Part shown: positions 1 to 13,200 of the stretch, piece after piece
Position numbering within the stretch: the first letter of the stretch is position 1
Layout: the number at the start of each line of letters is the position of its first letter
DNA from: Mobula birostris
Lineage: Eukaryota
Assembly (NCBI RefSeq): GCF_030028105.1
Contig: NC_092378.1
Coordinates: forward strand, 108,055,731 to 108,119,730
Length of the DNA stretch: 64,000 nt
Direction of reading: 5' to 3'
Notes under the pieces: model-generated
Database searches by the model: none
What the model saw: only the letters and a program-made list of their open reading frames with translations
Told to the model about the DNA's origin: nothing
Made by a program: the position numbers and the translations under genes

Positions 1-1335
1 TGGTATGATGGATACCTTTTTGAACCAGGTGGGAGCCTCCAATGGTAGCAGTGAGATTTTGAAGATGTCCTTGAACACTCCTGCCAGTTGGTTGATAGTG
101 TTTCAGTGCCCTACATGCTACACTATTAGGGGCTGCCACTTTTATTGAGGGTTCACCTTCCTGTAAAATGCTCTGATGTTAGCATCTGAGACAGGGTCAC
201 CATATGCTGCAGAGATTCACACAGGTGTAGTTTTATTTTCCATTTCAGAGTGCCTAATGGCATTTAGGAATGAAGCATCTTGGCCATTCTGATGTTAGGT
301 TTTGACTTGTAGGAAGTAATGGCCTGCAAACCCTGCCAGAACTGAAGATTTCATCTCAAACTTCAGTTGGAATATTTTTTTTCACTCTTAAAAAGGCCTT
401 CCATAGGTCATACCTGGACTTGCTGTATAGTTCTGGATTGCCGGTCTTGAGTGCCACAGATCTAGCCCTCAGCAGGCTACAATTTTGGTTCATCCGTGCC
501 TTTAGGTTTGTGTATGTCTGATATATTTGTACGGGGTCTTTCTTTTGTATGTTAAATTTTAAATGGCTTCTTTGTTATGTTATAATCGGGAATGCTTGTT
601 TGTTATGTTAAACAATGAGAAAGCTTTGCGCTAGCAGCTTGCTGTGGGTTATGGGGTGATAAGAGGATGTTACGAACCAATTGGGATAGTTGTTATGACT
701 TTGGTATATCTGGAAGATTTGTATGCGCGGGGTTTGAGGGAGAAGGCGGGAGAGCGAGACAGAGGACCGACCAGGTGCTGTGATGTCCGCTAATGGGGTC
801 GGACCCCGAGGAGGGCGTTCGGCGAGGAGACGGACTCGTGTGCAGCGTCTGGTCGACCACCGTTGTTGGTCCCAGGCGACCGGTCGAGGTAGTCCGAGGG
901 GTCGCAGGGTGAAGAAGGTGGTTCTTGACCTCCAACTGTTTCGTGCACAAAGAGATTGAACTTTGATAAGTGTGGCACCTTTTTATATTTTATTCTCTAT
1001 TAATTATATAGTTCCAGTAATAGCTATAAACTGTAAATCATTTAATCGTATCTGGTGTATTGTCTGTTATTTGGACGGGGTGGGGTACATCACACAGCAT
1101 CCACACAAACTAATTACCCAGTTTGGCAGGGCCAAGGGTTGTTTCCCTAGACGACAGCGAGCCGAGTGACCCTGACGGTGCCCAGGGGGGCTACGTATTC
1201 TTGAAATGACGCACTCATCCACACAGGTCTCGATGAAGTCAGAGACCACTGTAATATTTGAAGATGAATCCCTGAATATTGTCTAATCCACTAACTCAAA
1301 GCAGTCTTGTAAGTGCTCCTTTGCCTCCCTTGATG
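1..1335 (-). mobile_element. Degenerate Rex1/Babar-type LINE ORF2 fragment, split by a solo LTR at 528-1195
   Basis: Minus strand near 15-95 reads QLAGVFKDIFKISLLPLEAPTWFKK, matching the Rex1-type QLAGVFxDIFNxSL...VPxCFK motif. LINE sequence resumes after 1196. Confidence 0.7.
528..1195. mobile_element. Solo LTR (Gypsy/ERV-like), 668 bp
   Basis: Starts TGTA and ends TACG (inferred TACA to TACG change). Flanked by 4-bp direct repeat TATT (524-527, 1196-1199). CpG-rich relative to flanks. Interrupts a continuous Rex1 fragment. Confidence 0.8.
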
Positions 1336-1339
1336 TCTT

Positions 1340-1805
1340 TAGATCAATGAGCAACATGTGGGGATCAACCAAGTACAGTGCCCACACCAAGGTGAAGCTG
1401 TACCAGAGCTGTGTGCGGTCCACACACCTTTACAGATCAGAATGCTGGCGCATGATAGAGAATGACCTTGCCGAGCTGTTGTGATTCCACACCGTGAGCC
1501 TTCAGAAGATTCTTCGTATTTTCTGGCCAGGAAAGATCTCCAACCATGCTCTTACTCCTTCAGTGTCGTCAAGAGGACACAACCACAATCATCATGAGGA
1601 AACGTTGGAGATGGATTGGGCACATGATGAGAAGAGATGCCAACTCCATCATTGGACGCCTGTCGAGCAGAGGAGAAACAGGAGACCAAAGAGAACTTGG
1701 CACCGTACTATAGAGGCAGAAATGAAGATGCTGAATCACACCTGGGGCCCAATTGAGAACATAGCCAAGGGCAGACAGAGATGGAGATTTTGTATTGTGG
1801 CTTGT
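1340..1805 (+). mobile_element. RTE-clade LINE 3' fragment
   Basis: Reads KVKLYQSCVRS.HLYRSECW and SLQKILRIFWPGKISN...RRPKRTWHRTIEAE...RQRWR, a typical RTE C-terminus. Same family as 34545-35000. Confidence 0.75.
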
Positions 1806-2144
1806 GCGTGGCCATGGTGTTTCCATGTAACTGCAGGTTTGTTGGGTAGTTGGGAATAAATGCAAAGAATGCCCCTGCTGTTTCAAACATGTCGCTGGGT
1901 ATTGTAAACCGGCATGAGATGTCCTGTTTCAAAGTGGCAGCTTCCGTTCGTTGACTGGGCAGAGGTGGCTGCCATTGAGGCAAGGTTGGCCCTGCCTGTG
2001 TAACGTTGCAGGACGGACTTCTGGCATCAGTATAAAGCAGCCTTTTGTGGACTTGCCTGATTCCTGTCATGGGAGTGACACTCATCTTGGATCCTCTGCT
2101 GAGTTTTTCACTCTGCCAATATTACAGTGGACTATATAGTAAAA

Positions 2145-2667
2145 CAGTGTGCAAAAGTCTTGGGCACTTGTAAATATAGCTAGGGTGCCTAAGACTTGCA
2201 CAGTATTGTATTTGTCAATGTGGAGCAGAGAGCAAGTTTGTTAATCTGGCGGAAGCAAAGGATGTTTGGAATGGTGGGTGGAGTGCTGCAGGAAGGGTAT
2301 AGGACAGGTGGCAGCGAAGGAGTACCAGGGTAGTGTGTGGGTGCGTGTAGACACACCCAGCTCTGAGACACTAGGCAAGGTCATTTGATTCCAAACAATT
2401 GGTTTATTGAATGTCTCTATGGTGCTTCCAACTCCTTCCCCTCTCTTTTCCCCCTTTCCCAGCTATGATTCCCCTCTCCTTTTCTGTTCCAACTCTCGGT
2501 CTACAATAGACACCCATATCAGAATCAGGTTTATCATCACTCACAGATGTCATGAAATTTGTTTTGTGGTAGCAGTACAGTGCAGTACATAAATAACTAC
2601 AGTACTGTGCAAAGGTCCGAGGTACCCTAAGCTATATATACGTACCTAAGACTTTTGTACAGTACTG
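2145..2667. mobile_element. Composite Tc1/mariner-type non-autonomous element; each end is a ~65-bp mini-palindrome
   Basis: Tc1-type TIR CAGTACTGTGCAAAAGTC-like occurs four times, two in 2145-2208 and two in 2600-2667. TA follows 2208 and flanks 2600-2667. Confidence 0.7.
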
Positions 2668-3501
2668 TATGTATAATCTTTATATAGCGTTCATTTTGGT
2701 TGATTGCTGCAACAAAATTTGTAGAACTTGACACAATCTCAAACGAGACAGGAATATTACAAGACAGTTATACTGATCTAGTGAAGATAAATTGAAATCT
2801 ATCCTAACTATTGTTATGAGTTTCTCCTACTTAATAACAAACCCCTTGCAGTGGGGAACACAGCAATAAAAATTTGAAGCAATGATTGATTGTTGTTTTG
2901 CAGAGTCACTTTAACTTGGGATAACTATGCTAAGGTTTAAATTTGACAGGGTTAAGAAAATAAAATGAAACTTGAGTCTGTCATTGAATTGAAAAGCAGT
3001 CATAGATTGTAATTGTGGCAATGTGCACTCAAATGCTAAGGTATAGGTTATCGTGTTGAATTGTTGATGACCAGATTCTGAGGTGATATAAATCTAAGCT
3101 TGGAATTAACTAAAATTTGCCTGATGGAATGGAATTGGCAAATAAATATGGGTAGGATTTTTAAAGTGAACTTTTCCTGACTAATGCAGATAAAATAACA
3201 TTTATAATTTTGGTAGGCAAATAGTACAATTCAATGCATCTGCTTGTTCTCCTTCAGGCCTGCAGGATGTTGTCACTGTTTGATCTTTGGCATGTGCAGT
3301 TTTGGTTGATCTGTCAAGGTGGTATTTGCAGACATGAGCACTCAACAGGCTTCAAGAAACTAAACTTCCTATACTAATAAATTCTGTCTCCACTCTTTCT
3401 ATTATTAATGTATAACTTGCAGCTGCAAAGACATCCCAGACTGGTAATGCACTTTGTACACTCCTGCAGTTCCTCTTTGGTTTTTCATCTATACGGTTGT
3501 A

Positions 3502-4003
3502 CACTCAATGGCCACTTTCATGTGGCAGCAATTCAGTGTATAAAAGCATGCAGACACGGTCAAGAGGTTCATTTGTTCAGACCAGATATCAGAATAGGGA
3601 AGAAGCGACACTACTGTGGAATGATAGTTGGTGCCAGATGGTGTGGTCTGAATATCGCACGAACTGCTTATCTCCTGGGATCTTTGCACACGACAGTTGC
3701 TAGAGTTTGCAGAGAATAGTGCGAAAGGCAAAGAAAAATCCAGTGAGCACCGGTTCGGTGGGTGAGAATGCCTCATTAGTGAGAGAGGTCAGAGGACAAT
3801 GGCCTGGCTGGCTCATGCTGACAGGAAGGTTGACTGTAACTCAAATAGCCATGTGTTACAACAGCGATGGGTAGCTGAGTATCTCCAAATGCACAATGTG
3901 GCAAACCTTGAAGCGAAAAGGGCTACAGACAGACCACAAACACGCACTCAGTGGCCACTTTTTATTTGGTGCAGGACGTACCTAATAAAGTGGCCACTGA
4001 GTG
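3502..4003 (+). mobile_element. Tc1-like transposon, internally deleted
   Basis: TIRs CACTCAaTGGCCACTTT and AAAGTGGCCACTGAGTG with TA on both sides. Transposase N-terminal HTH remnant GMIVGARWCGLNIARTAYLLGSLHTTVARVCRE in ORF 3408-3719. Confidence 0.9.
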
Positions 4004-4214
4004 TACTTTCTGTGCAGAGCCTCCAAAGAGTTGTTTTGCAAAGTGTGAGTGGTTTTACCACTATCTTTCCCTGGGGAGCAATTAAGCTGTGATCAAACAT
4101 CACTGCTAGTCTATATCCTGTCCCCTTAGTAGTTCCCATGTAGTCCTTGTGGATTAATTCTTGCAGAGTTTCAGTCCAGTGTGCCACTTGTTTCTACCCC
4201 CCCCCCCCAAATAA

Positions 4215-4690
4215 TATACAAAAACTTGAGAACATGCAGCAACGGGCACGGGGTCAGCTTCTATCCCATTGTTATAAGATTCTTGACCAGACCTTTTGTA
4301 TGTTAATAAGCTCTTGACCTCATGATCTACCTCGCTATGGCCTTTGTGTGTCAATGCCTACCTGCACTCCACTTTCTCTGTAACTGTGGTACTTTGTTCC
4401 CAATTCTGTTACTGTATTGCCTTTCCCTTGTGTGACCTCAGTGTACTTGTATTTTGAAATGATCTGTATGGATGGCATGCAGAGAAAGTTTTTTTTTGCT
4501 GTAACTTGATGCATGTAGTAATAAATAAACCAATTCTGAATTCCAGCAGAACTAATCCTAAGTCTGTCAAAGGTTATGTTGAAAAGGCAGGAGAATGGGG
4601 TTGAGAGGGGACAATGAAACAACCGTGATAAATGGCAAAGCAGACTTGTTGGGCCGAATGCCCTGTTTCTACTCCTATGTCTAATGATGT
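4215..4690 (+). mobile_element. Degenerate LINE 3' ends: Rex1-type tail (~4215-4545) and CR1 3' end (~4560-4690)
   Basis: First part ends AATAAAccaattctgaattc. Second part has GGAGAATGGGGTTGAG...GGGCCGAATG...ACTCCTATGTCT, as in the CR1 3' ends at 22200-22307. Confidence 0.55.
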
Positions 4691-6599
4691 TAATTAATGT
4701 AAAATTTCCAGTATTGTGAAATCTGGTTGTTGAGGTGCTTTTCAAATATCTCATTTTCCATTCCCAGTCTCTGGCTTGGGAGATGTGAGTATACATTCTG
4801 TTGCTGATGAACTGGATGCCAGCTAGTGATCCAAGAATGTTTCAACTCCTACTTTCCTTAGAGTGAACACTTGTGCAAATCTTAGACTAAGAGCTCACTC
4901 TACTCCCATACAATCACACACACACAGACACCACCACCACCCTACAGCAAAACAAATGCGACAAAATGCTTTTACTTTTACTATTAAACAATCTCCTTTT
5001 TTTTTAAACATCTGTTGATATCGGTGAGAGTATTAGTGTTTCAGAGACTATTACCTGGCCATTGTCTACACCAATCCAGCACACCGTATCTGGGGTTTTT
5101 ATATAAAAAAAAACTTTGCTGACATTTGAAGGACTTTCAACTGATATTTTACAGCCAACCTATTCTACAAATATTAACATTATTGTGCCTGAAGTCTTGT
5201 GCTATTTACTCTTGGGGTCATTTTAGTTACCTATTGGGTGGTGTATTCTGGGCCAATTAATTTTTATTTGGTTTTGACTGTAGATGAGTTGCTGGGGCCC
5301 AGTGTTTTCCTCTTTATTTCGCAGGTGAGTTTTCAATTTGATGTTTATTCCTGGGGTGCAGGGCCACAATATAATTTTCTGGTTTGGAATCACTTTATGA
5401 AACAATTCTGATTCTTGACAATATTGCAATCTTTCTGCTCCAATGAAGATAACCAACTTTGCCATCTTATTGCTCTGACTTTGGTATGGTTGAAATACAT
5501 TGTACTGTAAAAAGAAATATTAACTTTCTGAAATTGATGTTCATAACAAAATTCATCTGAAGCATTTATCAATAGGCATTATGAAATTATTCTGGTTACT
5601 GAAAATGGACTGACTGTTCAATCCATTTTCTGCTTCATCAATTTTTGTAAAATTCTGTAATATTAACTTGAAATTCCTGATTTGTGTTATTTGATCCTGT
5701 ACACCACAAGAAAAATTGAAAATGTTTGCATTTTGTTGTTTGCAAGATCTGAGACAAGCTGTTAGTGTCTCTACAATTTTTACTTAATGATGGTTGATCA
5801 TTCAGCTGTTGTACTTTTACACCAATTTTGTTGCAAAAAAAAATTTAATTGTGAGTGATAAAGTGCCCCTTGCACTACAGCTTGTTTTGTACATACTGGT
5901 ATCTGTACTGCATCTTTAAAATTAGTGAAAGGCTCCCTTTAATTTTCTCCCTCTGCTCAGTCTGGATGAAAGTGGGTTTGTATCAAAACCTTCAGGCGAT
6001 CTGTCTCATTAAGCGTTTTTGTCTATGCAGCATATTCCATTGCCCTTTTCCAGTCTCTGTGCATATTGGTCATTGTAACTGCCTTTTGGATCAGATGCCA
6101 AATCCCTATAATGTTGTCTTCAGGCAGACAAAGAACTAGTCATGAGTTTGTTGGAGTGCATTAGAATTGAGTTATTGGCAAAAGCTCAGGGAATGGCAGG
6201 AACAAGTGACGGCGAGTATTGGCACTGTTTCCACACAATATGTCTGTTTGAGTTTAATGATTAGGAAGTATTAATTGTGATTTTTTTTTTAAAGTTCACC
6301 CATGAAGTCACCTGTTTGTCCTCTTTTGACCATTGTCAAGCCGGATAAGGGAAACACTGCTGTATTTGGGGCAGAGACTGGGTTCTGTGAAACAGCAGCC
6401 TTCCTCTGGCCTTGAGGATATTGCACTTCTTCAAAGCCCTGGCATGAAATCTTTGAAATATGCAATTGCCGATGAGTATGCCTGGTTTGGGGCATTGGAC
6501 TTGAATATTTACATCTGATTGCTGCAAACTGCTGAAAGTGGCAGTATTTCATGCAGCTTTGGAGGGAAATGTGTGCCACAAAATGTGATTCCAAAATGC

Positions 6600-7297
6600 A
6601 TTTGTTCAACCCTATCTCACATTGTTAATTGCCATTTAGAACCTAACCCTCTGGTTGCTCTTTATGGCACCTTGGGTGAAGTAGATATGCACTTGAGTCC
6701 GACTAAATTGCTGAACATTATCTTTTGCCCCTCTCTTGGCTAGACGGTTGGTTCTTAGGTGGAAAGATGCTGCCCCACCCTCTCACGCTCAATGGCTTAG
6801 TGGTATTATGGCCTGTTTAGACATTAAAGATTAATTATTCACTTCTTAATTGGGACATAAAGTTCCTAAGGTGTGGGGACCTTTCCTTGAATATTTTCAT
6901 AACTCTCCTTTAGGGTAAGTTTATCCTTTTGTATGCTACAATCCCTTACTTTCAGCTTTTTTTTTGTAGGTTATACGGTTTTTGTTGTGAATTACATTAT
7001 ACTTCTGGCAGTCGGCATTATACTTTCTTTCTTCCTATATATATTTACAGTTCTCTAGGGTTGAATGCTCCGATTAATTTTTTTTCTCTCTTTACACACA
7101 GAAATGGTTGGACTGGTTTTTTTTTTCAGTGGGAGATTGGGGTGGATACTAATTTTACATAATTCTTTTTTGGGTGCTTTTTTTTATTATGAATTATATA
7201 TTGGATTTGTTTGTTTCGCACTGTATAAATCTCAATTTTGTTGGGTTTTTGTTGTGTAGTTTTACTGTAGAAACGCATAAAAATTAATTAAACAAAA
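6600..7297 (+). mobile_element. L1-clade LINE ORF2 C-terminus plus 3' UTR
   Basis: Frameshifted reading EPNPLVALYG...LLARRLVLRWKDAAPPSHAQWLSGIMACL...KVWGPFLEYF, typical of fish-type L1 C-termini. Followed by a T-rich UTR and A-rich tail. Confidence 0.75.
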
Positions 7298-7599
7298 TGC
7301 ATTTGTTTGTGTTGATTCCATTTCAAAGTAGTCTAGTGTGGTGTGAGGATGCTTTATTAGTGAAGAGTTTGGTGGGTACAGTGTTATCACGACTGAATAA
7401 CACACAAAAATTCTGAAGGCTGTTTGGTGTGAAGCACTGATGTTATGTCAATACCAAGACTTGAACTTCATGTTTTAGTGAACAGCAGGAAGTTCTGATG
7501 CTGGTTAATGAGGCTGCAACTACCTGTGGATATTTCCTGCTTGTTATCTTGTGCTGTTTTGCTGCACTTGTTCTAAACGTTGACCAAAGCAAGTTGGTA

Positions 7600-7895
7600 A
7601 AACTGAAATGTGTATCATGGAGATGCAGCATTGGAAACAGGCCCATGGCCCACCAGTGCTGCCGGCCATCAGTCAGGCAGTTGCACTAATCCTAACTACA
7701 CATCCTTGCCAATTCTCCACGGATTCAACTATTTATTTACACACAAGGCAAATTATAATAGGGTATGGAGGGGGCAGTGGAGGAGAACCAGAACACCTGT
7801 GCAAGAGCCACGCAGTTACAGGGAGAATGTGCAGACTTCACATAGAAAGCACCACAGGTCAGTGTTCAATACCACCTTGGGCACTGAGGTAGTGT
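7600..7895 (-). mobile_element. V-SINE/HE1-like SINE, degenerate, with CR1-type tail
   Basis: GGAGAACCAGAACACCTG...CCACGCAGTTACAGGGAGAATGTGCAGACT is the reverse complement of the central domain seen in the other copies. Confidence 0.7.
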
Positions 7896-9894
7896 GCCAC
7901 CAAAAGATTGTGAGTGCAAAACATAGGGGTGGTGTCCTTTGCACCAGAGTACTTCAATGAAGTTTGTTCTCCACATCCTTCATTTGATTTTGTTTTTTTT
8001 GTGATCTCAGGCTCAGATCGTATGGGTAACACTAGCCAAATGAGAGTGGTAATTTAGAATGCTCAATAAATATCAACATAGCTAGTGACACTTGTGTTTC
8101 ATAAATAATGAAAGAAGGGCTTTCATTAGGAGGCCCTTTTACTGTGATGTTCAGAAACCAATTTTCCCATGTGAACCAGTGAGGACTGCTTTCGGTGAGA
8201 CATCTACCTGTTTGGTCTGCTCTTAAAATAAACTTGAAGCAAGCAGATGGCTGTCAAGGTGATATTGATCATTTTTTTATGCATTGGGTGCCTTCCAGGT
8301 TGGTAATATTTACACTCAAATTTTGCATCTCTCTGTTACACAAATGCTTTCTATTCTGAATGAGGACTTCAGTCCAGGGTCTCTGGCCAAGGAGCAGGAG
8401 GCTGAGTGAGGATTCCTGGCATCCCAGTAGACTGCAGGGTGCCATGGGCTGTCTACTCATGGTGGACAGTGTGAGTTAACCTGTTGTGCCATGCTTTGGA
8501 GGAACTCTTCCCTTGACCAGTAGTTGTATAGACTGGAGTATTCCATGTTGTGAGGCAATCATCTCAATAAATGGCTTAGTTTTCAAACGATTGCACATCT
8601 GCATGTTATTACAAGCAGACATTTCCAATCTTTATCACACATTGCCTTCCAGGTTTAGCAGCTGTCTGTACTTGTAGCAGTAAAACCTATTAGTTTTCTG
8701 ACTGGCATCCGGCAGAGCTGGAACTACTACAGCTGACCCTTGCCCAAGCTGCAGTGAGCATCATGCATGTTAATGACTTGTTTTTTAACCTGGCAGCAAC
8801 AATTTTTATGGTTTAATTCTGCAGCAGTCTTCATCTGCATTTGAGGCAACTTCGCAAACACAAATTTGCCTGTCGACTCTGATCCTTAATGCCCACACAT
8901 AGTTAAAATGTAGACTCTAGAAATTGTGCTGCCAGATAGTATATTACATGAGATTGTCTCTCAGTGTTTGGCAGCGTAGGTGTTGAGATTTTTCAGCGGC
9001 AAACGGCAGGCCACTCTGTGCTTCCCAGCCTTTGTCACCAGTGTTACAGTGAGTGGACGGTGAAGGAGAACGTAATCACCACACCCTTGCCTGAATAATT
9101 CACTTGACAGGAATGCCCATGAAGACCCCCCCCCCCCAAAAAAAATTGCTAGCCATTCAACATAGGGGAGCACAGTTCACAGAGGCAATGCCACACGGTT
9201 CCAAAATGTATATTCAATCCTGACTGTGGCACTGTCCTTGTGGAGCTCACCTGTTCTTCCTTCCTGTGACCGCGCACACTACCTGCGCACACCCCCTTCT
9301 CTCTTCTTCTCTCCCCCACCCCCCTCAATCCAGTTTCCACCGATGTCCAAGGGACATACAGGCTGGTTGCTTGTTGACTTGAAATTTCCCCTAGTATGTA
9401 GATTAGTGGTAGAATCTGGGGGTGGGTGGGGGTGTGTGGAGGAGGAGATGAGAGCATAGTTGGAGGAATTTTTTTTTAAAATGTAGGTTTAAAGAAAATG
9501 GGTGGTTCGCATGGACTCTTTTGACAAGAAGTGATGTACCTTGCTCTTCAATGACTTACTGTACTTGCTACAAATCAAAAAGCCAACACAAAATTCATGA
9601 AGTATGCCATAATCACATTGCATTATAAATCACCTCTGTGCATCCCTTAGTATAGATTAAATTCTGTCCTCGTACTCCAACATGATGTCAAAAGCCAATA
9701 ACTGCATTGGTGGCTGTGGACAAATGAAGGCAGCTTCAGATGGCCCTGAGCTTCCCTGAAGAGCTACATTTGGGTGGAGCAAGTCACTGATGATATCGGG
9801 GGCCCTTGCTGAAGTGTGTAGCCAGTAAAGGCAGCAGTCAGCATTGTAGCGATCATCTAAATTATCATGTAACATGTTTCAGTGAGGTTGTTGC

Positions 9895-10200
9895 AGACAG
9901 TAGAGTAGCCACCTTTCGACGCCAGTGAGCCAGGTTCAAACACTGGCACTGTCTTTGTGGAATTTACACCTATCTAGTATTATGTTTATTCCACTCCCCC
10001 CCCCCCCCCCCCGCCCAGTACCAGAGATTAGCAGGTTACTAGAATAATTGGTCACAGTAAATTGCCCTTGTAGTGCAACTGTTTGGAAGATTCTTGGGGG
10101 AGTTGATCTAAATAGGTGAGGGGAGGAATTGGTAGGTGAATAAGATTTCTCTGTGAAAAGGCATAGATTCAATGGGCCAAATTGCCTCTCTATATACGAT
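9895..10200 (+). mobile_element. V-SINE/HE1-like SINE, degenerate (another older copy at ~9200-9520)
   Basis: B-box-like GGTTCAAAC, then TAATTGGTCACAGTAAATTGCCC and a CR1-type tail GACTCAATGGGCCAAATTGCCT-like. Confidence 0.6.
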
Positions 10201-13200
10201 TTGGAAATGTCCAGTGAGATTCTTAATTGTTTTGCTGAGATGTTAGGGAGTGACATGGCTCTAATTGTCTGGAATGAAAATGGTTATTACAATTGAGAAA
10301 TAAATGGGTGGGATGATGGGCTAAAGTGTTTTTCAAGGTGATGAGGGAAATATGATTTAGTGAGTGAGCACCCCACAATATCTTGGTGCTTACTTTGCCA
10401 AACATTGTGAGACTTTGGAGCAGAAGCCTCCCTTTGCATAGTCACAGTCTGCACTAATACATTGAAAGATGTCACAAAGCCTTTGACGACACTAGTTTGC
10501 AATATTACAGTGCTAGTCTTACCAGTGTTAACCGCCATGAATCTGATCCTCATAGCTCAGTTTCGACTGGTCTTAATTCCAGTGGAAAATTCAGAAACTG
10601 AACACGATTGGCAGGAAGAAGCAGATTGGTTCTACACCTTGACACTGTCAATGTCTGTTTGACAGTATGGTAAGCAAGTGTAGCTAAGTTGTTTCAGTGT
10701 TTTGGGTGTAACTAATTTATTACAATGGGCCCCACTGTCTCTGATTAAGAAGTAAGAAATCAGTTGGTCCACGTATCACTCCTGATGATCTTCCAATGTT
10801 ATCATAATGCCCTTCTCTCCACCCACCCACAACACGGCCTTCATGGATTTTGTGGTATCTGATTTGGCAATATGATTCTTTGTCAGTTGATACTTCTGCT
10901 CCTGCTGTCAGTTTGCCCACGTTGTATGACGATATAGTACTCCTGGTGCCTACAGTCCCCTGGCATTAAATTAGGAAGAGAAACAAAAATAAAAATGATG
11001 TTCTTTGTGCATTGTTGCTTTAAGTAATTTTCATACCACCCCAGAATAGTTTCAGAATTTCACTGACCCCCCAGTACTTTCTATCCACCTCTAAACATGT
11101 TGCTGGGACGTTCTCAGCAGCCAGATCACAACTCCCTGCATCTGGGAATGATCATCTGTGCAGCAGATGTTTGACCAGTGTATGGAAAAGCTCTGGGGCT
11201 GCTTGAGCAGTGTAACTTCCTGTTGAACATCACTATAATGACTGTAGGGAGACTGACTACTTTAGGCTGATAGAAGAAAATTTATTTTTAATTGGATAAT
11301 CTTCGAAAGATTTTTAGCAAATTTGAATGACTTTATGAGCACACAAACGCGCCATACTTAAGATAACTGTATAGTGGTCAAAATGAATAACCAAATTGTT
11401 CAATACAGCAACAGAATTTTTGCATTCTTGTGTGATTAGCTGTTACTGGAAAGTGCAGTGCAAACTAAAATGCAAATTTTTGCTTAAATCTGAAATGGTT
11501 TGGGTAATAGTTGCAGAGCCTTGAAATATGTTAGAAATACCTCTAAAAGTAAATGTGCAAAAAAATGTATATTATTCAATGATTATACATTAAATATTTC
11601 CAGCACTACCACAGTGCTTGTGGTAAATTATACAAGCATTTGTATATCATAACTGTCATCCTCCTGTAAAACCTGGGTGGGTGTGGGATGCCTGAAGGAG
11701 AAAGGAAGTATCTGTTACAACTTGGATCTGAACGTATCCCATGGGAAAGGTTTGGAATGGAGCATAATTCATAAATGTAGACAAATTGAAACTTCCTGTA
11801 CCTGCACTCTGTTTCCTTTGTTACAGAATTGGTGGTTTAAGATTTCAGCGGTAAGGCCACCAGCGACTGAAGTAACCAAGATCATAGTCCTGAAATGTTG
11901 ATACATGACTAGGAGGTTGTCCTGATTCCTGGAAGAAAAGACAATACAGAGCAGGATGTTGGACTTTTGTAGATGGGTAAAAAGGTTGGCATGAATTTTG
12001 TGGGCTGAGGGCCTGTTTCTGTGATGTGCCTTGACAATGCCAGGCATTTGGAAGGAATCACAGCTATAGTTTTTGTTTGCTGAATTGCATGAATATTTGA
12101 GGGAAGGGAAATATAGAAAAGTGCCAAATTATAAACTTCCCAGGATATAGTTCTAATTATTTGTATTGAATTAGCCTTGTGACCCTTGTGCAAGGACCTA
12201 CCATTAAAGAAGTGAGCAGGTTACAAGTAAGATTTTAGTTTTGAGAACTACAAAGGCCAGTGCTAATTAAAGTAATGCATGTTGGAACTCTGGTCCAGCA
12301 AGTTTATGGCACATTTTGAATCTGTAGCTTGGATGTGTGTTGATTAACCAATTCGAGCTGTGGTCCAAAATTAAGTACCAGTCTGCAGCTAATTAACCTA
12401 CTGGTGCAACTTCTGCAATCTTGGCAGGTTTCCTACTTGGGAAATGTCAGGCTGCAGACAGTTCTTTGAACCCTTGTGTGAATCCGAGAGTGTCTACGCT
12501 TGAAACAAACAGTTTTCCTGCTCAGAGTAAATGATCAGTGACAATCCTGTTTGACATCAGTCCAAGTTCCAAATGCCAGGCTGAAGAGTTTCAACCTGTA
12601 CAAGAAATTAAATAGGACAGTTGAGCAACACTGCTCTATTTAAACATAACTAAATAAATAAATCTTAGTCCTAGACTTGTTCCATTCCCTGTAATCGTGC
12701 AAATAGAATTAACTATCTGATTTTGCTGTTGAAAGCTATTGCTGGATTAGTTTCCGTTCATCTGAGAACACATTACTTTTGTTGGCCTTGCAACAATGCC
12801 CAAATTACACAGAAGTGTTTTTTTGGGGGGTGGGGTGAGGATAGAGTCTTTATTATTCATAGAAAATTGGCATTATCAAATCACCATTTAAAATTTGTGT
12901 TCCCCAGCTATCGACACCTCTGCCATTCTCTGCCAACTTCTCTATTCCCCTTTGTGTGATTTCATGGCCAATCTTCCCCGAGCACTTTCTCTTTGTTTAC
13001 AGCTGCTGCTTTTCTTATCAGCTTTATTACATGGTTTGTAAATAAATGTCCAATTGTGCTTATCGAATCCACTCTTAACATTAGCAAGCTAACTGAGTCA
13101 GAATTGCTCTCAATAGACCCACACTGACTTTCCATTCTTAGGCCATTGCGTTCTGGGTTATTGTTCAAAGATTCCCTACTAAGCTTGTCATAATTATCAA

